NCBI GenBank assembly: GCA_963678315.1
Contig: OY782781.1
Span: 1,376,001 to 1,440,000 of the forward strand
Reading direction: 5' to 3'
Origin: Candidatus Cloacimonadales bacterium
Lineage (GTDB): Bacteria > Cloacimonadota > Cloacimonadia > Cloacimonadales > JAFGVF01
Length of the DNA: 64,000 nt
Shown: positions 29,354-39,192 of the stretch, in pieces
Layout: the number at the start of each line of letters is the position of its first letter
Numbering within the stretch: the first letter of the stretch is position 1
Notes under the pieces: generated by a model
What the model was told of the DNA's origin: nothing
What the model saw: the letters and a program-made list of their open reading frames with translations, nothing else
Database searches by the model: none
Program-made: the position numbers and the translations under genes

Positions 29354-29926
29354 CTATTTCCTAAGAATAACATTTAACCATTTTTCGTGTTCTCTTCCTG
29401 GACGTTTATCCTTTGATATTGCATATTCTACAAGAGAAAATCCTATACTCTTATATGCAGTTTTTTCAAATTTATCTTCTGTATAATCACAAAAGAATCT
29501 TCCATTTCTTTCTTCTTCATTATCTCCGTACTTTAGAGAAATAAAAAGAATACCATTGTCTTTTAGCGAAATATATAGTTTTTCTAAAGCTTCATTTATC
29601 TCAGAAAATGGTAAATGTAGTAAAGATGCACATGCCCATATTCCTGTAAACTGGTCTTTAAAAGTAATTTCATTAACTTTTATTGGTAAAACTTCTTTAC
29701 TAATAACTTTTGAAGCTAACTTTGCTAATTCTCTTGCTGGCTCAATAGCCACAATATCATATCCCTTGTTTAAGAAATATTTAGAGTCTCTTCCAGAGCC
29801 ACATCCTACATCTAGAATTGAACCTTTGGAAGGTATAACGTTCTCAAAAAGAGAGTATAATTCTTTCATATCAACTTCGATAGTATTATCAAAAAATTTA
29901 CGAGAGTTTATATTATAATAATTCAT
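29354..29926 (-). CDS. Class I SAM-dependent methyltransferase
   Basis: ILDVGCGSGRD, GIWACASLLH. Confidence 0.9.
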   Translation of the reverse strand: MNYYNINSRKFFDNTIEVDMKELYSLFENVIPSKGSILDVGCGSGRDSKYFLNKGYDIVAIEPARELAKLASKVISKEVLPIKVNEITFKDQFTGIWACASLLHLPFSEINEALEKLYISLKDNGILFISLKYGDNEEERNGRFFCDYTEDKFEKTAYKSIGFSLVEYAISKDKRPGREHEKWLNVILRK

Positions 29927-29990
29927 TGATTTCCTCTTGCATTAATTAGAATTATTTTAATTAAAAATGAAAAAAAGTCAAGTTTTTTCA

Positions 29991-30063
29991 AAAAGTGTGC
30001 CTAAAAGGGAAAAAGTGTGCCCATAGTAGTTATGAGAGGTTGAGAAACTTCTTAGAAAAATTA
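29991..30063 (+). promoter_or_regulatory. Conserved upstream element, copy 1 (AAAAGTGTGCC direct repeat, 20-bp period)
   Basis: Aligns without gaps to the reverse complement of 56905-56977. Confidence 0.75.
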
Positions 30064-30074
30064 TGGAGGACTTT

Positions 30075-30530
30075 ATGAAAGTCAAATTTAAGTATGGTAT
30101 TAAGTCATTTTCTGGAACACTTGATGGTCTTGTTTATTCAAATTATGAATCAAGAGATGTTGTAATAGGTAAATTATATTCTGATCAGACATTAACATCT
30201 CAGAATCATGCAATTGGAAACAGCATGAAGAACATTGCTTCTGTATATGCGCTAACAAATGATGCTTTTAAAGATGATTTAACTATTTATGCAGTTAAGC
30301 TTTATAATCAGCCTGAGTATTATGGTAAGTTAGCAGCAAACAAGTATTCAATGTTCTGCAAAGCAGTCTACAATATTTGTAACAACAATGATAGCGTTAA
30401 TATTTCTAGTTTTAGTGTTGATGACTTGTCAGTTGGGGGATTGATGACTAATGTAAAAGGACTTGTAGAGGCTGGTTATTTACCTGAAGTAGATGGTTAT
30501 GAAGATTTAACCAATAACGCATTTAATTAG
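30075..30530 (+). CDS. Hypothetical protein with basic N-terminus (MKVKFKYGIKSFSGTLDGLVY), paralogue of 56511-56888
   Basis: GGAGG RBS before ATG 30075; own terminator downstream. Confidence 0.85.
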   Translation: MKVKFKYGIKSFSGTLDGLVYSNYESRDVVIGKLYSDQTLTSQNHAIGNSMKNIASVYALTNDAFKDDLTIYAVKLYNQPEYYGKLAANKYSMFCKAVYNICNNNDSVNISSFSVDDLSVGGLMTNVKGLVEAGYLPEVDGYEDLTNNAFN

Positions 30531-30566
30531 TAATTAGTTAGGGCAGAGTAGAGGTTCATTATCCAG

Positions 30567-30595
30567 AAGGCAGGCCGTATGGTCTGCCTTTTTTT
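30567..30595 (+). terminator. Intrinsic terminator
   Basis: AAGGCAGGCC-GTAT-GGTCTGCCTT plus T-tract. Confidence 0.85.
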
Positions 30596-30666
30596 AATTT
30601 TAATTAAATCCATTTCTTGACATCTAATTCTTTTTAAAATGCTATACATAAATAAAGGAGAATATT

Positions 30667-31014
30667 ATGTATTATGCAATGAAGATTTTAATAACTTCAG
30701 TATTAGTGGTGTTGATATCTGAGATATCGAAACGTTCTTCGGTAATTGCTGGGATACTAGCGTCAATACCATTGTTGTCCTTTCTTGCTATATTTTGGAT
30801 GTATTATGATAACAAGGATATTGGGCAGATTATAGACTTTTCTAAAGCGATATTTTGGTTAGTAATACCATCATTGTTATTCTTTGTCGCATTGCCAATA
30901 TTCTTAAAAAGAGGAATGAATTTTTACTTATCAATGATATTGTCAAGTGCCATAATGGTGGTTTTTTATTACCTAATGGTGTTAGTTCTTAAGAGATTTA
31001 ATATTACAATATAA
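30667..31014 (+). CDS. DUF3147-like small membrane protein
   Basis: KILITSVLVVLISEISKRS..GILASIPLLS pattern, four TM helices, AAGGAG RBS. Confidence 0.75.
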   Translation: MYYAMKILITSVLVVLISEISKRSSVIAGILASIPLLSFLAIFWMYYDNKDIGQIIDFSKAIFWLVIPSLLFFVALPIFLKRGMNFYLSMILSSAIMVVFYYLMVLVLKRFNITI

Positions 31015-31377
31015 ATGGAGAATAGAATGGAAATCAAGAGATTTGAAGGCACAGGAAGAATGAGTAGAGTTGTTGAATGCAATGGAACAATTTATTTATG
31101 CGGTCAAACTTGTGGTGATGCTAATGCTGATATTCAAGAGCAAACAAGAGTAGTTCTACAGAAGATAGAAGATTTGTTAGAAAAGTACGGTTCTGACAAA
31201 AATCATATATTATCAACAACAATTTACTTAAGAGATATGAAAGACTTTGCTTCAATGAATGAAATATGGGATGCTTGGGTTGAGAATGGTAATGAGCCAG
31301 CAAGAGCATGTGTTGAAGCTAGAATGGCAAGAGAAACATTACTAGTTGAAATGTCAGTTGTTGCTGTAGTTAAATAA
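31015..31377 (+). CDS. RidA/YjgF family protein (YoaB-like)
   Basis: [32 protein letters not shown]. Start probably ATG 31027. Confidence 0.9.
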   Translation: MENRMEIKRFEGTGRMSRVVECNGTIYLCGQTCGDANADIQEQTRVVLQKIEDLLEKYGSDKNHILSTTIYLRDMKDFASMNEIWDAWVENGNEPARACVEARMARETLLVEMSVVAVVK

Positions 31378-31378
31378 T

Positions 31379-32221
31379 ATGAAAGAAATAGATTTTAATC
31401 AAGTAGAAGAAAGTATCTATGACAATATAGGAAAGAGCTTGGTCATTCTTGCAGAAGAAGTTGAGGAACTTATAAAATCAGCAAGAAAAGAGGAGAGTAA
31501 TCCCTTAGCGAAAGAGATCCTACAAGATATTCTTAAGAATGGACAAGTCGCTAAAGAGCTAAATAGACCTTTATGTCAGGATACAGGGCTTGCTGTCTTT
31601 TTTGTTGAGATAGGAAAAGACTTATCGTCTATTGGAGAAATTGAAGCAACAATAAATAGGGCTGTTAAAAGAGCATATCAAGATTTTTATCTAAGAAAGT
31701 CAGTGGTTAAAGACCCTGTTTTCGATAGACAAAACACAGGTGATAATCTTCCAGCGATAATACATTATAGCTTTATTGATGGCGATAAGTTAAGAATTTC
31801 CTTCTCAGCAAAGGGTGGGGGATCTGAAAACATGTCAAGATTGGCAATGTTAAAACCATCAGATGGGCTTGCCGGAGTAAAAAGATTTGTGATTGAAACT
31901 GTAAAAATAGCAGGGGGAAATCCTTGTCCGCCAATAATAGTTGGAGTAGGGGTTGGGGGAAACTTTGAGACCTGTGCTCTGCTAGCAAAACAGTCTTTAT
32001 CAAGAGAACTTTCTGATAGTCATCCTGAGGAAAAGTGGGCTAACTTAGAAGATGAGCTTCTTAAAGAGATAAATCTCTTGGGAGTAGGTCCCCAAGGACT
32101 AGGCGGAGACACCAGTGCCTTAGCAGTCAAGATAGAGAAAGGTCCATGTCACATCGCTTCTTTACCTGTTGCTGTAAATATACAGTGTCATTCTCATAGA
32201 CATTTTACTCTTGAGTTTTAG
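31379..32221 (+). CDS. Class I fumarate hydratase / tartrate dehydratase alpha subunit
   Basis: PLCQDTG, KGGGSEN, GNPCPP, HIASLPVAVNIQCH. Confidence 0.93.
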   Translation: MKEIDFNQVEESIYDNIGKSLVILAEEVEELIKSARKEESNPLAKEILQDILKNGQVAKELNRPLCQDTGLAVFFVEIGKDLSSIGEIEATINRAVKRAYQDFYLRKSVVKDPVFDRQNTGDNLPAIIHYSFIDGDKLRISFSAKGGGSENMSRLAMLKPSDGLAGVKRFVIETVKIAGGNPCPPIIVGVGVGGNFETCALLAKQSLSRELSDSHPEEKWANLEDELLKEINLLGVGPQGLGGDTSALAVKIEKGPCHIASLPVAVNIQCHSHRHFTLEF

Positions 32222-32229
32222 GGGGCATT

Positions 32230-32751
32230 ATGAATATCACAACACCATTAAATAAAAGTGTATGTTCTCAGTTAAAAGCTGGAGACAAAGTTTATATTTC
32301 TGGAACAATATTCACAGCCAGAGATCAGGCACATAAGAGAATTGTAGAAGCTATTCAAGCTGGAGAAAAGCCACCTTTTGCAATAGAAAATGCTCTTATC
32401 TTTTATGTAGGACCTTCTCCTGCAAAGCCAGGTCAGGTGATTGGTTCAGCAGGACCGACTACTAGCTACCGAATGGATGATTATACACCATTCCTGTTGG
32501 ATAGGGGGCTTAGTGGAATGATAGGTAAGGGAAAACGTAATCAAGCTGTGATAGATTCAATAATAAAGAATGGAGCTATCTACTTTGTGGCTATTGGTGG
32601 GGCTGGAGCTCTGCTTTCTGCTAGTATTAAGAGTGCTCAAGTTATAGCTTATCCAGATTTAGGTCCAGAAGCTGTGTTCAAACTTGAAGTGGAAAACTTT
32701 CCATGTTTTGTGGGAATTGATAGTAAGGGGGAAAGTGTTTTAGTGAGTTAG
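32230..32751 (+). CDS. Class I fumarate hydratase beta subunit
   Basis: TARDQAHKR, GPTTSYRMD, MIGKG. Confidence 0.93.
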   Translation: MNITTPLNKSVCSQLKAGDKVYISGTIFTARDQAHKRIVEAIQAGEKPPFAIENALIFYVGPSPAKPGQVIGSAGPTTSYRMDDYTPFLLDRGLSGMIGKGKRNQAVIDSIIKNGAIYFVAIGGAGALLSASIKSAQVIAYPDLGPEAVFKLEVENFPCFVGIDSKGESVLVS

Positions 32752-32827
32752 GAGTTTCTGGGAACGCTTTGCCTTTAGTCCGGCAGCAGCCGGACTAAAG
32801 GCAAAGCGTTCCCAGTAACTCCTAACT
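32746..32827. repeat. Long inverted repeat (39-bp arms, one mismatch, 4-nt loop) between convergent genes
   Basis: AGTTAGGAGTTTCTGGGAACGCTTTGCCTTTAGTCCGGC-AGCA-near reverse complement. Confidence 0.92.
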
Positions 32828-32829
32828 AA

Positions 32830-33843
32830 TCAGTGGTTTATCTCGTAAAAATCGTCTATATAGGAGTAGATGGAATTCTTAATAACTTGGTAAGCATCTA
32901 TTAAGTAGTCGTGCTTTTCAAAATATTCTTTGAAGAAAGATTTGAAAAAATAGTAAGATCCTTTGTCATAGGTATAGTAATCATTTTTATATTGGAGATT
33001 TATATCTGTAAAAATCTTTTCAGTAGATGTTTGGACAAAAGCTTGGAAGGCAGTATAAAGATGGTTTTCATAGAATATGCTGGATTCTTTGAGGTTTTTA
33101 TCTTCAAGTAATTTATGTAGTTCAGGAGATAGAATGTTGATACCAATTTCTTTGATTATGAGATTAGTCAATGATTGAATATCTTCTGAGTTGTAGTACA
33201 TACAGTATCGGAAGTAATTAATGTTTGTGAATCTTATTTCCTTGGTATTGGCAATGGTAAAAAGGATGTTAAAGTCTTTTCCTTCGAAATCACGGTTAAG
33301 GAAGTTCTCCCATTTGTTAATGAATTTGCAGTTGGAGAAGTGCTCATTAAATGATTGTGAGAAACGTTTTAGTTCAGGGTAGATGTTAACCCAGACTTTT
33401 TCATTGAATGCTTTAAAGTTTTTAACAAGAATTTGACCTATCTTCTCTATAACGATAAACTTATCACGTGGAATTTTGATTTGACCGAAATCTGAACCAT
33501 ACCAGAGGTAGAAGTCAACCCAGTCATTTGAGAATACGGCATGGCATAATCTTTTATAGTAAAATTCTAAGTCATCAAGGTCAAAATCTGGACTTTCGAG
33601 AGGCATAAAATAGATAAATTTGGCAAGGTCACCCATGTTACCATCACCCCAGATAATATCTTTTCTATATCTTCTTAGAAAGTTAATATCTTCCTTAGGA
33701 ATTGTGCCTATATATTTGCTATAATAGGGATTATCAGATTGGTCATAATCCCAAAGGTTCGCTAGCACAAATACATGCCAAAAATAATTAGGCATGATTT
33801 CAATCTTCGACTTTATTTCTTTATGAGGTAAAACTGCTACCAT
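32830..33843 (-). CDS. Hypothetical protein, aromatic-rich
   Basis: 337-aa ORF with AAGGAG RBS; no motif recognised. Confidence 0.75.
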   Translation of the reverse strand: MVAVLPHKEIKSKIEIMPNYFWHVFVLANLWDYDQSDNPYYSKYIGTIPKEDINFLRRYRKDIIWGDGNMGDLAKFIYFMPLESPDFDLDDLEFYYKRLCHAVFSNDWVDFYLWYGSDFGQIKIPRDKFIVIEKIGQILVKNFKAFNEKVWVNIYPELKRFSQSFNEHFSNCKFINKWENFLNRDFEGKDFNILFTIANTKEIRFTNINYFRYCMYYNSEDIQSLTNLIIKEIGINILSPELHKLLEDKNLKESSIFYENHLYTAFQAFVQTSTEKIFTDINLQYKNDYYTYDKGSYYFFKSFFKEYFEKHDYLIDAYQVIKNSIYSYIDDFYEINH

Positions 33844-34044
33844 GTATTCTCCTTAAGTAAAGATTAGTTACCTAGGTAAATAATCGTCAAGAACAATTTA
33901 TATAAAGTAGAAAAAATATTTTACTTGTAGCTAAGAAGATTCTTGTTCTTCTTATGTACACTAGTTACATAAAGATATTAAACTTTATTATTGACATTAA
34001 ACTATAGGTATTTTAATATAAAAGAAAAAAGGAGAAGCTGAGAT

Positions 34045-35238
34045 ATGATTAGAATTAAAGTGATGTTAATTTTGTTATTATTAAGTTTACCCCTATTTTC
34101 TGAAGACGATAAAACAAATGAAAAGATAGATAAAAAACAAGAAGAACTTGAAGCAAAAAAAAGTCAGATAAAGACTCTTGATAAAGAAATTGCTAAGCTT
34201 AAGAAGCAAGAACGAGAGTTATCTCAAAACAAGAGAATGACTGAGAGGGAAAAAGCAAAAGAAGCTAAAAGATTAAAGCAACTGATTGATGATAAGATAT
34301 ATCTAAAGAACAATATCACTTGGTTAACAGGAGAAGAGAGTAAGCATAAAGAAGAACTAAAAGTAACTAACGCTAAGAAGAGGGAGACTGGAAGGAACCT
34401 TACTAATCTGATTTCTAGTTATGAACAGGAATTTCTTGATTTATTCTTTTTAAGTGTTTCTGATAAAGATACTGATTCTATGAGAAAACAAGTTCTTATT
34501 AAAGCCTTGATGACTTGTCAAGAGGATATAATTTTCGAACATGACGAAAACTATGTATCGACATTGAAAAAGATTGAAGAAGAGAATAGAAAACTAAATG
34601 ATGTAAAAAATAATCTTGAGAAGAAGAAAGAATTACAGAAAGATAGAGAAGAAAGATATGTTAAAAGGAAAGAAAAGACTGATAAATTAGATAGTGAGAT
34701 AAAAGATTTAGCAAAGAAAGAGAGTAAAATCTCGAGTGAAAAGAATAAATTATTAACTGAAAAAGAAAAGTTAGAAAAAGAGGCATTAGCACTAGAAAAT
34801 TTCATTGCTGAACTCTTGGCAGCTCAAGGAGATATTGATAAAAGTAAATTAGTAAAAAGCATTGCTATAAAAAGACCTTGCCAAGGAAAGATAGTTAAGA
34901 ATTTTGGGGAAAAGCTAAATGAACTTTCAAAAGTTAAAAATAAAGGTATCAACTACAGGACAACTCCTGGTAGTCAGATAAAAGCTGTGTATGCTGGAAA
35001 AGTAATATACAGTGGTCATATCAAATCAAAAGGTCAGGTTATCATAATAGACCATGACAATGGATTTGTATCAGTCTATGCATATAATAGTAAGTTAAAC
35101 GTTAGCAAAGAAGATATTGTTAAGCAAGGTGATGTAATAGGTATTTCAGGAACCGATTCTTCTGGAACACCGATGGCTTATTTTGAATTAAGAAGAGAGA
35201 ATAAACCTGTGAACCCAAACTTATTCTTCCAAAATTAA
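34045..35238 (+). CDS. EnvC-like murein hydrolase activator (coiled coil + M23 domain)
   Basis: Signal peptide, long coiled coil, M23 fold lacking Zn ligands (NKGINY, YFELR). Confidence 0.85.
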   Translation: MIRIKVMLILLLLSLPLFSEDDKTNEKIDKKQEELEAKKSQIKTLDKEIAKLKKQERELSQNKRMTEREKAKEAKRLKQLIDDKIYLKNNITWLTGEESKHKEELKVTNAKKRETGRNLTNLISSYEQEFLDLFFLSVSDKDTDSMRKQVLIKALMTCQEDIIFEHDENYVSTLKKIEEENRKLNDVKNNLEKKKELQKDREERYVKRKEKTDKLDSEIKDLAKKESKISSEKNKLLTEKEKLEKEALALENFIAELLAAQGDIDKSKLVKSIAIKRPCQGKIVKNFGEKLNELSKVKNKGINYRTTPGSQIKAVYAGKVIYSGHIKSKGQVIIIDHDNGFVSVYAYNSKLNVSKEDIVKQGDVIGISGTDSSGTPMAYFELRRENKPVNPNLFFQN

Positions 35239-35248
35239 TGGAGATAAA

Positions 35249-36322
35249 TTGAAATTATTTAAGAATATAGATTTTAAAAACAATGAAAAGATAATCAATA
35301 AAGTCTACACAAATGAATCTGTGTTTTTGCATCACACAGGTTTCATGCTAGGGATTGGTACAGCAGTAGCTAATGACAAGGGTATAGAAAAAATTTATTC
35401 ATTGAAGCTGAGGGATTCTGCTAAGGGTTTTGTAGTATTGGTTAAGAATATTGAGGACATATTTAACTATGCTGATGATCTGACAGAGAAGGATATGAAG
35501 TTGATAGAACAATATCTTCCTGGTAACTTGACTCTTGTTGTGAAATGCTCTAATCCTCTTTTCGATAAGGTAGCCTTGAATGGAACAGTAGCTTTCAGAG
35601 TTCCCCAAAATCCAGTATTGTGTCATTTTATTGATAAGATAAATAGTCCAATTATAAGTACTAGCATTAATCGAAGTGGTTTTGAGCCAGAAGTTGATCT
35701 TAAAACAATAAGCAAAGATTATAAAGACTGGTTTGATTTTGGCATGGTTCCTAAGAAACAATATATCTTTGGACAGGGTCAAGCTTCAACCATTATTAGT
35801 TTGGTAGATGGATTAAATTGCATCAGAGAAGGATCAATTCCCTTTTATGAAATTAAAGAGTCTTATGGAAAACCACTTGTAATGTTTGTCTGTACAGGAA
35901 ATGTCTGTCGTTCTCCAATAGCAGAGTATCTTCTCAAAGATGAAATAAGAAAGAATAAGTTAGACTTTAGGTCAGCTTCAACAGGAATTCTGCAAGATGG
36001 AATGGTTATTTCAGCTAATTCAGCTTCTTTACTATTACTGAATGGGATAGATGCAGCAAGCCATTTGTCCAGAAAAGTGACAGAAGCTCAATTGAGAGGA
36101 AGTTGGTTAATTTTAACCATGGAAGAGAGACATAAAGAACATTTAGCTAAGTTCTTCCCACACTTATCCTATAAAGTCTTTACTTTAATGGAGTTTTGTG
36201 GAGATAGCGGTGATATAGATGATCCTTACAAGAAGGATATTGAAGATTATAAAGTTGCATATAAGATTATTGATGATAAAATACAATGTTTAGTAAGAAT
36301 ATTAAAAGATGAGGTAAGATAG
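35249..36322 (+). CDS. TsaC/YrdC domain fused to a low-molecular-weight protein phosphatase
   Basis: KIYSLKLR, PGNLT, AFRVP, STSINRSG; CTGNVCRS P-loop, DIDDPY. Confidence 0.87.
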   Translation: MKLFKNIDFKNNEKIINKVYTNESVFLHHTGFMLGIGTAVANDKGIEKIYSLKLRDSAKGFVVLVKNIEDIFNYADDLTEKDMKLIEQYLPGNLTLVVKCSNPLFDKVALNGTVAFRVPQNPVLCHFIDKINSPIISTSINRSGFEPEVDLKTISKDYKDWFDFGMVPKKQYIFGQGQASTIISLVDGLNCIREGSIPFYEIKESYGKPLVMFVCTGNVCRSPIAEYLLKDEIRKNKLDFRSASTGILQDGMVISANSASLLLLNGIDAASHLSRKVTEAQLRGSWLILTMEERHKEHLAKFFPHLSYKVFTLMEFCGDSGDIDDPYKKDIEDYKVAYKIIDDKIQCLVRILKDEVR

Positions 36323-38524
36323 ATGATTGAACCAAAGATAACTCCAGAATTGATTCAAGAGCATGGCATCAATGCTGAAGAGTGGCAGTTAATACTTGAA
36401 ACATTAGAAAGAGAACCTACTTTTACAGAGTTAGGAATTATTTCAGTTATGTGGTCTGAACACGCTAGTTATAAGAATTCTATTAAATTGATTAAAACCC
36501 TTCCTAGAGATGGGGAAGCAATGCTAGCAAAAGCTGGTGAAGAGAATGCTGGGGTAGTAGATATTGGTGATGGCTTAGCTGTATCATTCAAGATAGAAAG
36601 TCATAACCATCCATCAGCGGTTGAACCATATCATGGTGCTGCAACTGGTGTAGGTGGAATCTTAAGAGATATCTTTACAATGGGTGCAAGGCCTGTTGCT
36701 GTTCTTGATTCTCTAAGATTCGGTAATCCTAACGACCCTAATGTTAAATTCTTGATGCATGGTGTGGTTGATGGTATTGCTGATTATGGTAACTGTTTTG
36801 GTGTTCCAAATGTTGGTGGTGAAGTCTATTTTGAGGATAGTTATACCGGTAATCCACTGGTTAATGCTATGGCAGTTGGCATTTTAAAGCATGAAAATCT
36901 TGCTAAATCAGCAGCTTCTGGTGTTGGTAACTATGTGATGTATGTTGGTGCTAAAACAGGTAGAGATGGTATTCATGGAGCTACATTTGCATCAGTTGAA
37001 TTGACTGAAGAATCAGAAGAAAAGAGAACAGCAGTTCAAGTTGGTGACCCATTTATGGAAAAACTACTTCTTGAAGCAACTTTAGAGACTATTGAAGCTG
37101 GAGTGATTGTTGGTATTCAAGATATGGGTGCTGCTGGGCTTACTTGCTCAAGTAGTGAAATGGCTGGTGATAATGGTGTAGGAATCGAATTGGATGTTAA
37201 CCTTGTTCCAAAACGTGAAGAAGGAATGACTCCTTATGAAACAATGCTATCTGAATCTCAAGAAAGAATGTTAATGATTGTTGAACCTCAAAATGTTGAA
37301 ACTGTTCAAGCTATCTATGAAAAATGGGATTTGCATGCTGAAATTATTGGTAAAGTAACAGATGACGGACTTCTAAGAGTTAAAGAAGGCGATCTTGTAA
37401 AAGCTGAGCTTCCAGCAAAAATGTTGGTACTTGGTGGTGATGCTCCTCAATATACTAGAGAAACAAAAAAGCCTGATTATATAGACCAAGTTCAAAATGC
37501 TGATTTATCTGATATTCCAGAACCAAAAGACTATAATGAAGCTCTAACAAAACTTATTACATCTGCAAACTTAGCTTCAAAAGCAAGTATTTACAAGCAA
37601 TATGACCACATGGTGCAAGTTAATACAATGGTTGAACCTGGTTCTGATGCTGGTGTTGTAAGAGTGAAAAATACTAATAAAGCTTTAGCTGTATCAACTG
37701 ACTGTAATGGTAAACATTGCTGGTTAAATCCTTATGAAGGTGCCAAAGGTGCAGTTGCGGAATCTGCAAGAAATGTTGTTTGTAGTGGCGCTAAACCTAT
37801 TGCTGTTACTAACTGTTTAAACTTTGGTAACCCTTACAAACCTGAAGTGTATTGGACTTTTAGCCAAGCAATTAAAGGTATGGGGGATGCTTGTAGAGAA
37901 TTCAATACTCCTGTAACTGGAGGTAATGTTTCATTCTACAATGAAAATCCAAGCACTGCTATCTATCCAACTCCTACTATTGGTATGTTAGGTTTAGTTG
38001 AAGATAATAGTAAAATCATGAATCAATACTTCAAAGAGGAAGGTGATGTTATCATAATGCTTGGTAAAGCTGCAACAAGTTTGGGTGGTTCAGAATATAT
38101 TAAAGTTCTTCATGATAAAATATTAGGTAATGCTCCAGTAGTTGATCTACCACACGAACACCAATTGTACGATGTGACTCTTGATCTAATTGATAAAGGG
38201 CTTATCAAATCAGCTCATGACTGTTCTGATGGTGGACTTGCTGTAACAATTATGGAATCTTGTTTTAATCCTTATGGTAAACACTTAGGTGCAACTATTG
38301 ATATAGATTTTGTTGAAAGAGCAGATATTGAACTGTTTGGTGAAGCACACTCAAGAATTATTGTATCTACTTATGCTGACAATGTTCCGGCTATAGTAGA
38401 AGCTTGTGGTGATTTCCCTTGTACAGTTATTGGAGAAGTAACAGGAAAGCAATTTAAAATTAATGATTTAATTGATATTAATATTGATGAAATCCATGAA
38501 AAATGGAGCTCAATAATTAAATAG
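36323..38524 (+). CDS. purL: Phosphoribosylformylglycinamidine synthase subunit PurL (small form)
   Basis: [42 protein letters not shown]. Confidence 0.97.
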   Translation: MIEPKITPELIQEHGINAEEWQLILETLEREPTFTELGIISVMWSEHASYKNSIKLIKTLPRDGEAMLAKAGEENAGVVDIGDGLAVSFKIESHNHPSAVEPYHGAATGVGGILRDIFTMGARPVAVLDSLRFGNPNDPNVKFLMHGVVDGIADYGNCFGVPNVGGEVYFEDSYTGNPLVNAMAVGILKHENLAKSAASGVGNYVMYVGAKTGRDGIHGATFASVELTEESEEKRTAVQVGDPFMEKLLLEATLETIEAGVIVGIQDMGAAGLTCSSSEMAGDNGVGIELDVNLVPKREEGMTPYETMLSESQERMLMIVEPQNVETVQAIYEKWDLHAEIIGKVTDDGLLRVKEGDLVKAELPAKMLVLGGDAPQYTRETKKPDYIDQVQNADLSDIPEPKDYNEALTKLITSANLASKASIYKQYDHMVQVNTMVEPGSDAGVVRVKNTNKALAVSTDCNGKHCWLNPYEGAKGAVAESARNVVCSGAKPIAVTNCLNFGNPYKPEVYWTFSQAIKGMGDACREFNTPVTGGNVSFYNENPSTAIYPTPTIGMLGLVEDNSKIMNQYFKEEGDVIIMLGKAATSLGGSEYIKVLHDKILGNAPVVDLPHEHQLYDVTLDLIDKGLIKSAHDCSDGGLAVTIMESCFNPYGKHLGATIDIDFVERADIELFGEAHSRIIVSTYADNVPAIVEACGDFPCTVIGEVTGKQFKINDLIDINIDEIHEKWSSIIK

Positions 38525-38549
38525 AATTGTAAAATAAAGCAATATATTG

Positions 38550-38576
38550 ATGAGGTTGAGCAATCAACCTCATTTT
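38550..38576 (+). terminator. Intrinsic terminator after purL
   Basis: ATGAGGTTGA-GCAA-TCAACCTCAT plus TTT. Confidence 0.7.
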
Positions 38577-38658
38577 CTTGCTATAATCATAAATAATAAT
38601 TGATTGACACTTGTAAATCAATGAGCTTAATAGACACATAAAGATTTTAGGAGGAGAG

Positions 38659-39186
38659 ATGAGAATGAATTTTTTCTTTAGTGGTGCTTTTTGGGGCATA
38701 TTATTAGTCTTATGGGGAGCTTCTCTAATATTAAAGGAGCTATTCCCTAAACTTCATTTTCCATTTGGAACAATATTTGTAGCTCTATGTGTGATAATAT
38801 TTGGTGTTCAGCTTTTAATGTCAAGCATGGGCTATAAAGGCAAATTATTTTCTAAGAATCAAAGACGTGGTGTAACTGAAACTTATAGATTTGAAGATGC
38901 AAACATACCAGGTGAAGAATTAAATGCAATCTTCTCTTCAGGCTCAATGGACATGAGTAATGTAGATGTAAGCAATGGCTCTCGAAAGTTTGAAGTAAAC
39001 GCCGTTTTTGGTGGAGCTAAGTTATATCTAAGTCCAGAAACACCAGTCGTAATCGAATCATCTTCTATTTTTGGTACAGTTAAGAAGAGTAGTCAGATTA
39101 ATTATTCAAGTGATAAAAATTCTAACTGTTTGTTTATAGAAGCAAATGCAGTTTTTGGTTCTGTAGAGATATTAACAAAAAAATAG
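38659..39186 (+). CDS. LiaF-like membrane protein
   Basis: Two N-terminal TM helices, repeated NA(I/V)FG motifs. Confidence 0.75.
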   Translation: MRMNFFFSGAFWGILLVLWGASLILKELFPKLHFPFGTIFVALCVIIFGVQLLMSSMGYKGKLFSKNQRRGVTETYRFEDANIPGEELNAIFSSGSMDMSNVDVSNGSRKFEVNAVFGGAKLYLSPETPVVIESSSIFGTVKKSSQINYSSDKNSNCLFIEANAVFGSVEILTKK

Positions 39187-39192
39187 GAATCA

